DNA of 6,052 nt from UHGV virus genome UHGV-0208627. One strand, written 5' to 3'. Made by a program: the position numbers and the translations under genes. The notes beneath the pieces are model-generated. The model was not told the DNA's origin. It ran no database searches and saw only the letters and a list, made by a program, of their open reading frames with translations. The DNA comes from a virus. Each line of letters begins with the position of its first letter. Positions within the stretch are counted from its first letter, which is position 1. This document shows positions 1-6,052 of this stretch, piece by piece.

Positions 1-6
1 ATTGTC

Positions 7-36
7 GCTTGTCAAAAGAAAAAAGAAAAAAAATTT
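7..36. repeat. Distal arm of the junction-spanning hairpin (inverted repeat of 5915-5944)
   Basis: Its reverse complement AAATTTTTTTTCTTTTTTCTTTTGACAAGC matches AAATTTTCTTTCTTATTTATTTTGAAAAGC at 26/30. Confidence 0.85.
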
Positions 37-63
37 GGAGGGCTATGCAGGACGCGTTACCAT

Positions 64-95
64 ACAAAAGTAGGAGGGCAAAACGCTCTCCTACT
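64..95 (-). terminator. Putative intrinsic terminator after VP2
   Basis: Minus strand AGTAGGAGAGC-GTTTT-GCCCTCCTACT (11-bp stem, 1 mismatch) running into TTTTGT, 13 nt after the VP2 stop. The U-tract is short. Confidence 0.6.
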
Positions 96-108
96 CAACG
101 AAACGAAA

Positions 109-1212
109 CTACTGGTACCAAACAGGAGCGGGGATTCCTTCAACGGGCGAAGCTTTCTTGCCTTTTGGGCGGAAAAATCGACCGATAGAAAAGATGTCCG
201 CGGCTTTTCCTGCGGCGTCCAGTACATCATTAATGCCTCTGAATGTCTGAGTCCATTCTTCAGGCATAACAACATGATCTGCTACAATAGAAGCGGCAAT
301 CCTATCAACCTCTTCTTTCTTGTACTTCGGCATGTTTGCATAATTCTGACCTTGAACAAGAGCATTGGCAACAGCCTCTTTCTTGCGAGCATAGTTTAAA
401 TCACGGCGAGAACAAATCTCATCAATCTCTCGAGCAGCCCTTTCGAGTTGCAACGGTTGCATCTTACGACCTGTTTCTAGATTTAATTTCTGAATCTGGT
501 TCATCGTCTGATTTAAATCTATCTGAGATTGAAGATGATTCATCGTGTATTGCATCATATGAGGCTCAAGTCTAGCCTTAACCTTCTGAGATTCATAGGT
601 ATCCTCAAAGAGGTTGTTCTTCAAAATTTTATACTTCTTATCCTCATCAAGACCATCGGCCGTTAAAACCTTAATGGCAAGATCTGCATCTGCGTTTCGC
701 CTGAAATATTCATTATGAAGAGCTACACTTTGAGCTTCCTCTTTCGTTTTAGCAACGTTCGCCATCGTTGCGTCTATATTTGCAAACATTCCTGCGTCGC
801 TAAGTCCTTTTCCGAGATTCCACTGATTAAAGGCTTCCATTCGAGCGGCTTGCATGGGCAACTGGCTAGGAACTCCTGCGGCCGGCATAGAGGACGCCGA
901 AGCGGCAGGTTGAGAACCCATCATCATGTACGGATTGAGACCGGCATCAAGGTATCGCTGCTTCTGAGCTACAGGCGAATTGTATGCATTCGTAGTATTG
1001 AACATCTTCCATTGCTGCGCAACTTGGTCTTGATACATCTTCTGTGCGTAATCAAGCTGAGATTGGTTTATCGCCATATTCGCTTGATTCGTCTCACGCT
1101 GTGCTTGAAGATTGTATTTATTAGCGTGGTTCTGAGATGCCGCATTCAGTGCAGAAGAACCTATGCCAAATAGACCAGAAATGCCAGCGCCTAAAGCAGA
1201 CCAGAAACTCAT
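109..1212 (-). CDS. DNA pilot protein (VP2 / H-like minor capsid protein), 367 aa
   Basis: Gly/Ala-rich hydrophobic N-terminus (FWSALGAGISGLFGIGSSAL), Gln/Asn-rich coiled-coil-like segments, and the motif NAYNSPVAQKQRYLDAGLNPYMM. Confidence 0.93.
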   Translation of the reverse strand: MSFWSALGAGISGLFGIGSSALNAASQNHANKYNLQAQRETNQANMAINQSQLDYAQKMYQDQVAQQWKMFNTTNAYNSPVAQKQRYLDAGLNPYMMMGSQPAASASSMPAAGVPSQLPMQAARMEAFNQWNLGKGLSDAGMFANIDATMANVAKTKEEAQSVALHNEYFRRNADADLAIKVLTADGLDEDKKYKILKNNLFEDTYESQKVKARLEPHMMQYTMNHLQSQIDLNQTMNQIQKLNLETGRKMQPLQLERAAREIDEICSRRDLNYARKKEAVANALVQGQNYANMPKYKKEEVDRIAASIVADHVVMPEEWTQTFRGINDVLDAAGKAADIFSIGRFFRPKGKKASPVEGIPAPVWYQ

Positions 1213-1658
1213 CCTACAGACTCAGAGGAATCCTGAGACGAAGCTTCCTGCTGTGCTTGTATTTCCGCAGCTTTTGCCTGTATAGCCTGAATCTCCTCAT
1301 CTGTATTCATCATAACAGAACGCATATATTCCTGCATGTCTGCGGCAGATTGAATATAACGAGATTTGACGGCAGAAGCGAGCTGTTCATCCGTGAATCC
1401 TTTAAGGGAATCGGGCCGAGCAGATTTGAGATTATTTACTAGTCGGTCTAAAGCTAAAGGAGATGCTTGCATTAGACGTTGCTGATTAAACAGTAAGGAA
1501 ATGTCTGTGGTTATAAACGTTACAGACTCCTTCTCAGAAACTTCAATGGTTTCATGATAAAAATCATCAAGTTCCGTGGGTTGCGTGATAATAGATATCG
1601 TATCAGGACCAACAATATCCTGAAGTTCTGTACCGAAAGGCCTTATTTCTTGAAACAT
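1209..1658 (-). CDS. Hypothetical protein, possible internal scaffolding (VP3-like) protein, 149 aa
   Basis: Acidic, helical-looking protein between VP1 and VP2. TDISLLFNQQRL and TDEQLASAVKSRYIQS resemble a conserved ORF of Bacteroidetes microviruses (from recall). ATGA overlap with VP2. The scaffold function is inferred from size and position only. Confidence 0.8.
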   Translation of the reverse strand: MFQEIRPFGTELQDIVGPDTISIITQPTELDDFYHETIEVSEKESVTFITTDISLLFNQQRLMQASPLALDRLVNNLKSARPDSLKGFTDEQLASAVKSRYIQSAADMQEYMRSVMMNTDEEIQAIQAKAAEIQAQQEASSQDSSESVG

Positions 1659-1663
1659 ATCAT

Positions 1664-1834
1664 TTAATTTTTAATTTTTAAATCAACTCTTGCAGAATCT
1701 GCACTATTTGAACTCGTAGAAGAATTTTCAAAACTGCTGTTTGCATTATCCTTCTGAATTTGAATAGTAATGGTGCATGCACCTATCACCAAACATAAAG
1801 CGGCTATCAAAAGCCAAATATACTCCTTTTTCAT
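1664..1834 (-). CDS. Small predicted lipoprotein / membrane protein (56 aa)
   Basis: ATG at 1834 lies 1 nt after the VP1 stop (TAA-T-ATG). MKK n-region, hydrophobic stretch IWLLIAALCLVI, lipobox-like IGA-C20 and a Ser/Asn-rich tail. Fills the gap between VP1 and the next gene. Confidence 0.75.
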   Translation of the reverse strand: MKKEYIWLLIAALCLVIGACTITIQIQKDNANSSFENSSTSSNSADSARVDLKIKN

Positions 1835-1835
1835 A

Positions 1836-3653
1836 TTAATACGGCATGCCATCGCGGGAAAGATTTCGGACGGCTTTTACATCAAAATAAATTGTATTTA
1901 ATAATTGGTCAGAGGCAACGGTGCTATCCGCTTGCGCCACAAACATATTATCGCAAATTTCAGGCGGGACTTTATACGCACGATAAGTAAGAGGTGTTTG
2001 AGTTTGAGCAACCGTGGCAAGTGTGTGTGGTAAAACCCAATTGATATTCGCCTTCGAGAAAGAACCTTTGAATAAATCCAAATCCGTCTTATATTCTGCA
2101 TAACGAGGCACATAGCCAGCAGGAACTAGGGGGGAATTGCCACTATACATGATATTGAGACGAAGCAACGGCTGCATACCTATGCTATCGAATTCAGGTA
2201 TGGCATAGTCAGTAGCCTTAACCTTAGTTAAGCAAGGATGGAGTATATTTGTAGAATCCCACTCGACAATCGGCTTAGCATGATAAATACACATTATCAG
2301 TCCATAAAGATCGTTGTTCTTAAAATTAATCTTACCATTAGAAGCAGAAAGGCCACGACCTGCAATATCAGCGACACCATCTTCTCCTTGAAGGTTGGTA
2401 TTGATTACTTCAGATACATCAAGATTACGAGCAAAGCCTCCAAGATACTGACAACGATAAGAATTATATTGTGACGAAGGCACATTCCAATGCTTGCTTA
2501 TCTGCTCCTTATAATCAGAGTCTCCAGAAAGGGTAATCTCCTTCCATTTTTGGAGGGCTTCGGCTTGACGAAGAACAAGAATCGAAAGGCCAACAGACAT
2601 ACCTGAACCACTAACAGGAAGGTTTAATTGCGTCGAAGGATATAAATTATTTAACGAAACAGCAATTGGAGAACTATTTAATCCATTCAATTTAAGTGTG
2701 TTGGAGTCGACAGGACTACCAGTTGTCGTTGATGACGAATCGTAACCTAAGGGGTAAAATTCACGACCTGACACATGACTGGCAACCTGGAATTTCATAG
2801 TCTTACTATTTCCTGAAGAGTGCCATTCAGCACGCAATCCTGAAAAATCACCTGTCAAAGGACCGGCTATTGCAACATCACCATATTGAGGCTGTGGAAG
2901 CATACCGTTTACAAGGTCTTTATCAAAATTTACATGATGAAGCGTAAAAATCGTCGGCGTGTTGGATGTACGACCAGACATCATACCAGAAATATCCATA
3001 TGAAGCTTGTCTTCTGAAAGAATGTAGTCCAAGTTGTAAGTCCAAGGTGCAGCATCTTCCCACTGACTAAACCGGAAATAATCCTGATATATTTTATGGT
3101 ACGCTAAAAGAGGGAAGGGATTGAGTGCAACTTTGCCTGCACCTGTCGGAGCTAATGAAGCAGGATATCCAAGATATGTAAGAAGTTTTAACATATCGCC
3201 TTGAGCCCATTTAGCTTTGTCCGAACCATTACGCCAATAATCTAAATACGCAGTGCTTTCTGCAGAACCCATTGAAGAATAAGCGCCAACAATATCATTA
3301 TCCGTAAAATAAGGGGAAGTAGTAAAATTGTCTGCAGCAGTCAAATTAGACTTCGCATGATAGGCATTCTTTGTTTGAACAATCCATGACTCAAACTTAT
3401 CCCAAAGAAGGTTATAAGGAACAAAGTAAAAATCATAGTATTCACGAACGCGACCAAAGGTTGCCTTCTGAACCGGAAGAGTCCTCATAAAACTCTTTCC
3501 ATCAATCTTAAAAGAGTCACCAGGGAGTAAATCCCAATACTTAACAGGAAGCATCTCTCCAACCTTAGCCGTAAAGCACATTCGGGAAGATAAGTCAAAG
3601 CCAGCGCGATGAACATTGTTTCTCACCGACTTAAAATCCATGATATTTGCCAT
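1836..3653 (-). CDS. Major capsid protein (VP1 / F protein family), 605 aa
   Basis: Typical microvirus capsid motifs: GFDLSSRMCFTAKVGEMLPV, LPGDSFKI, REYYDFYFVPY, PLLAYHKIYQDYFR, LRQAEALQKWKE, YLGG, GYVPRYAEYKT, and C-terminal VRNLSRDGMPY. Confidence 0.97.
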   Translation of the reverse strand: MANIMDFKSVRNNVHRAGFDLSSRMCFTAKVGEMLPVKYWDLLPGDSFKIDGKSFMRTLPVQKATFGRVREYYDFYFVPYNLLWDKFESWIVQTKNAYHAKSNLTAADNFTTSPYFTDNDIVGAYSSMGSAESTAYLDYWRNGSDKAKWAQGDMLKLLTYLGYPASLAPTGAGKVALNPFPLLAYHKIYQDYFRFSQWEDAAPWTYNLDYILSEDKLHMDISGMMSGRTSNTPTIFTLHHVNFDKDLVNGMLPQPQYGDVAIAGPLTGDFSGLRAEWHSSGNSKTMKFQVASHVSGREFYPLGYDSSSTTTGSPVDSNTLKLNGLNSSPIAVSLNNLYPSTQLNLPVSGSGMSVGLSILVLRQAEALQKWKEITLSGDSDYKEQISKHWNVPSSQYNSYRCQYLGGFARNLDVSEVINTNLQGEDGVADIAGRGLSASNGKINFKNNDLYGLIMCIYHAKPIVEWDSTNILHPCLTKVKATDYAIPEFDSIGMQPLLRLNIMYSGNSPLVPAGYVPRYAEYKTDLDLFKGSFSKANINWVLPHTLATVAQTQTPLTYRAYKVPPEICDNMFVAQADSTVASDQLLNTIYFDVKAVRNLSRDGMPY

Positions 3654-3672
3654 AAATGATAAAATTTAATTA

Positions 3673-3930
3673 TTAAAAAGGTATTTCACCATCAAAAGAC
3701 GTACAGCATTCGTACTCTGTTGTAGCGCGCATTACAATATCATACGTCAAACCGTAACGCTCATGAGAGCGAATATACTCGATAAGCATATCAAAACTCT
3801 GAAACACCATGCAATCATAAGGCCTACCTTGAAATGATACATGGGCCAAATATTCAATAGACTCCCTATCCGGGAATTCACTAAAATCAAGCACTACAGC
3901 TTTTTCCTTCAAAAATGCAGTTTTTCTCAT
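3673..3930 (-). CDS. Small hypothetical protein (85 aa) with an SSB-like acidic-IPF C-terminus
   Basis: Fills the gap between Rep and VP1 and overlaps the Rep 3' end by 44 nt. A-rich initiation context (AAAACATAAAAAACAAA-ATG). Ends in FDGEIPF. Confidence 0.75.
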   Translation of the reverse strand: MRKTAFLKEKAVVLDFSEFPDRESIEYLAHVSFQGRPYDCMVFQSFDMLIEYIRSHERYGLTYDIVMRATTEYECCTSFDGEIPF

Positions 3931-5491
3931 TTTGTTTTTTATGTTTTATAGAATTTTCAAAAGTTCGAGAATGACTCATGTATAGAGTTTTATACATATA
4001 GCTATTCCGGTACGAGTTATTATGTCTAACCAAATCGTAAAAATCCTCACCTAAAAATGTAGAAAGGTAAAAAAGTCTCTTGAATGAGGTTCTCTTTTCT
4101 AGAATATCAGATTTTAAATATACAGACGGATCTTCTTCCGATGAGACATTTGAATAGTCGAAGACGTAATCCTTTAAAGGGTAATCTACGGGACGATTAG
4201 CTCTACTCCTACAGAATTGAAGATATTCTGAAGAAGATTTGTCTCTGTAATACTGTCGTATAATATCAAAATACTCACGAGGAGTACGGTTATAGCGGTC
4301 ACACAACCGAAAAAAACGGGAAGAAAGGTAGAGTCCCGAACGGACAGCAGAAGATATATTAGAGCTGCCACGAAAAAGATAATCAAGAGTGAAACCACCA
4401 GAAGCAATAGATATGTCATACTTTGTTCTACCTGTTTCTAAATATGAGATCATTTCTGAGATTGAATCTGGGTATTGTCCTGTCTCTCGCTCAATCGCAT
4501 CACCCAGTCGAGATACGAGTGTATACCGTAAGTAAAGGATGTACCAAGGGCTTTCGTCATATCTAAAACATCGGGGGAATAAATGATGTTGAAACGAAAG
4601 GGAGGGAGAAATTGTATGTGGCTTACCATTAACAACATAGTTTCGTTCAGCAAGGTATTGATAGGTAATTTCTGAGATATCTTTATCAAGGTCTTTATCC
4701 GGTGAATAACCGTAGTACGTAGAGTGGAGGACGAAAGGTCTAAAACGTTTGTAACTGAGTATTTTAGGTAAGCGTGCAAAGCTATTAACGTATCCTGCAC
4801 AATAGTTTCCAGCGGAGTTTCCTTTGGAATACTCGACACGCAAATCACCCATTGTCCAAATTTTAGGAAGAGCTTCGGATAAGAACTTTGCGAGACTCTC
4901 ATTGTTGGTGCTGATGATACCATGGTAATGCGGACGAAAGCGTTCTGGACCATACTCGCCACAAATGTAGTAGGTGAATCTACAATCACCTCTGAGAATT
5001 CCAAGGTTTTTCTTTCTAACTGTTTCATTTCGTATTGATTTTAAAAATAATTGAATGTCTCTTTTTGAAAGTACACCAAAAGCATTACGCTGATGAATTA
5101 AATCAAAATGAGTGCCTACATGAGCACGTCTATTTTTACGAGTAGGATGATACTTGCGCTGAAAGGGAAGTTCATATAAACGTTTATCTTCCTCTGTCTT
5201 ATACGAAAAACAAAGTTTGCGCATAAAAACATCGTTAAAAAGTTGACGATCTGTCTGTTGCTCTATTACCATACGCGAATTAGACACATGAGTTACCCTG
5301 TACGTAGGGAGATACCTATCGGAATAAGTTATCGTAAAAAACAGGTTATACTTATGCTTCTGCATGTGTAAATCAACCTTTGCTTGATTATCAAAGCGTT
5401 TCTTATTTAAACAAGCATAACACTTTCCGCAGGGAACTTTAAGTAGTTTACCTGCTGCATTCACGATTTCTATAGGATGTAGACAACTCAT
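3887..5491 (-). CDS. Rolling-circle replication initiator protein (VP4 / phiX174 gpA-like HUH endonuclease), 534 aa from the likely start at 5491
   Basis: N-terminal Cys cluster (MSCLHP...PCGKCYAC), motif I FFTITY, motif II GEYGPERFRPHYHGII (HYH at 4922-4930), motif III YCAGY (4790-4804), and C-terminal IKHKKQNE. The ATG at 5491 is preferred over 5650 because the family-typical N-terminus begins there and a promoter sits directly upstream. Confidence 0.95.
   Translation of the reverse strand: MSCLHPIEIVNAAGKLLKVPCGKCYACLNKKRFDNQAKVDLHMQKHKYNLFFTITYSDRYLPTYRVTHVSNSRMVIEQQTDRQLFNDVFMRKLCFSYKTEEDKRLYELPFQRKYHPTRKNRRAHVGTHFDLIHQRNAFGVLSKRDIQLFLKSIRNETVRKKNLGILRGDCRFTYYICGEYGPERFRPHYHGIISTNNESLAKFLSEALPKIWTMGDLRVEYSKGNSAGNYCAGYVNSFARLPKILSYKRFRPFVLHSTYYGYSPDKDLDKDISEITYQYLAERNYVVNGKPHTISPSLSFQHHLFPRCFRYDESPWYILYLRYTLVSRLGDAIERETGQYPDSISEMISYLETGRTKYDISIASGGFTLDYLFRGSSNISSAVRSGLYLSSRFFRLCDRYNRTPREYFDIIRQYYRDKSSSEYLQFCRSRANRPVDYPLKDYVFDYSNVSSEEDPSVYLKSDILEKRTSFKRLFYLSTFLGEDFYDLVRHNNSYRNSYMYKTLYMSHSRTFENSIKHKKQNEKNCIFEGKSCSA
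4186..4419 (-). CDS. Possible overprinted two-TM membrane protein inside Rep (+1 frame), tentative
   Basis: 77-aa ORF with two long hydrophobic segments separated by RDST. It could be a by-product of T-rich third codon positions in Rep. Confidence 0.25.
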   Translation of the reverse strand: MTYLLLLVVSLLIIFFVAALIYLLLSVRDSTFLPVFFGCVTAITVLLVSILILYDSITETNLLQNIFNSVGVELIVP

Positions 5492-5495
5492 GATG

Positions 5496-5527
5496 CAAAT
5501 ATAGAAGTTTATTTTGAAACACACAAA
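5496..5527 (-). promoter_or_regulatory. Bacteroidetes primary-sigma promoter upstream of Rep
   Basis: On the minus strand TTTG (5524-5527), a 20-nt spacer, then TATATTTG (5496-5503). This matches the -33 TTTG / -7 TAnnTTTG consensus with 19-21 nt spacing. Confidence 0.8.
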
Positions 5528-5768
5528 TATAATAGTCACTATTTCATAAGTAGGCCAAGGGGAGAGAGCAAAATTGATGAGGGAAGATTTTGCCGTTCCG
5601 GAAATAGTGGTGATTCCATAATCCGAATTTAAGAGGAGATAGAGGCGCATCGGTGTCGCAAACGCTTCCTCTTTCAGAGGCTAATACCTAGTTAATTGGA
5701 TGAAAAATATCTTACAGGGGTCATGCTGGCCTACAGCTACTCCAGTATGGCTGTTGAGAAGGAACTCA

Positions 5769-5833
5769 CGACCTGTATGCGGTGTGGCCACAACTACGCT
5801 ACGCTTCGTTATGACCACGCCGCATACAGGTCG
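5769..5833. repeat. 26-bp inverted repeat with a 13-nt loop
   Basis: CGACCTGTATGCGGTGTGGCCACAAC (5769-5794) pairs with 5808-5833 at 23/26 positions. The loop is TACGCTACGCTTC. Confidence 0.95.
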
Positions 5834-5914
5834 GACAGGACCATGCGGGCGGCGCGCAGTTCTATGGTGTGCTAATGGTAGCAAATGGCATACGAAATTA
5901 CCTTTGCTGCTGAG

Positions 5915-6052
5915 AAATTTTCTTTCTTATTTATTTTGAAAAGCAAAGGTAGGTATTCCGTATATTAGGCCAATAGGCGTTACCATAATTTAACAGGCGC
6001 TACGCTTCTATTAAATTATGCCAACTGATTGTCCTAATCTACTCCATGCCTA
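5915..6052. repeat. Long imperfect hairpin continuing across the circular junction to position 36
   Basis: Nested pairings: 5984-5993/6011-6020 (10/10), 5971-5974/6028-6031, 5964-5969/6033-6038, 5950-5956/6046-6052 (6/7), and 5915-5944/7-36 (26/30). Confidence 0.85.

Larger units (their letters stand above)
1..6052 (-). mobile_element. Microviridae phage genome (Alpavirinae-like, probable Bacteroidetes host), apparently a complete circle
   Basis: Co-oriented Rep, VP1 and VP2 genes in ~6 kb with no host genes. An inverted repeat pairs 5915-5944 with 7-36 across the end-to-start junction. Bacteroidetes-type promoter and A/T-rich translation starts lacking Shine-Dalgarno sites. Confidence 0.95.

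Noticed and set aside
1566..1573. AACTTGAT on the minus strand, resembling the phiX174 nick site CAACTTG/ATA
   Set aside because: It is a short match inside a coding region with no supporting context. The Rep nick site could not be located.
1835..1852. Upstream start (MACRIN) for the small lipoprotein
   Set aside because: It overlaps the VP1 end. MKK at 1834 gives a canonical signal peptide and stop-start coupling.
57..2113. Minus-strand alternative-frame ORFs 57-275 and 1898-2113
   Set aside because: They are short, lie mostly or wholly within VP2 or VP1, and have no recognisable features. The first runs through the terminator.
336..2474. Plus-strand ORFs 336-575, 715-1173, 1137-1442 and 2238-2474
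   Set aside because: They are antisense to well-supported genes and have no motifs. Microvirus genes are normally all on one strand.
4790..4804. Rep motif III reads YCAGY rather than YxxKY
   Set aside because: Both catalytic tyrosines are present, and YxAGY variants are, as I recall, common in Bacteroidetes microviruses.
5492..5650. 53-aa N-terminal extension of Rep given in the ORF track
   Set aside because: It overlaps a consensus promoter, and the family-typical Rep N-terminus starts at 5491.
5681..5939. ORFs 5681-5884 (-) and 5700-5939 (+)
   Set aside because: They lie over GC-rich palindromes that suppress stop codons. Both share palindrome-derived peptides (RPVCGV, TPHTGR), which points to a structural rather than coding origin.
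5492..6052. CRISPR mini-array, tRNA or ribozyme in the non-coding region
   Set aside because: There is no regular repeat-spacer period, cloverleaf or hammerhead core. The repeats are inverted stems plus one 11-mer direct repeat.

Overview
The window looks like a complete (or nearly complete) circular ~6.05 kb ssDNA phage genome of the Microviridae, most similar in gene content and motifs to the Bacteroidetes-associated Alpavirinae-like group. All credible genes lie on the minus strand. The order is HUH rolling-circle initiator (VP4/Rep), an 85-aa small protein, major capsid protein (VP1), a 56-aa predicted lipoprotein, a 149-aa scaffold-like protein and the DNA pilot protein (VP2), followed by a terminator. 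A Bacteroidetes-type promoter (TTTG-N20-TATATTTG) lies 4 nt before the likely Rep start codon. The ~670-nt non-coding region (5492-6052 plus 1-108) is a series of hairpins. One ~174-nt hairpin only closes if the window ends are joined, two hairpins share the same apical motif (GAAGCGTAGCG on the coding strand), and an alternative, mutually exclusive fold places a promoter -7 box in its stem. The most notable points are the SSB-tail-like C-terminus (FDGEIPF) of the 85-aa protein, the structured origin-like region, probable leaderless Rep expression, and two candidate membrane/lysis genes. Family assignments rest on motifs recognised by eye, and no database searches were run.
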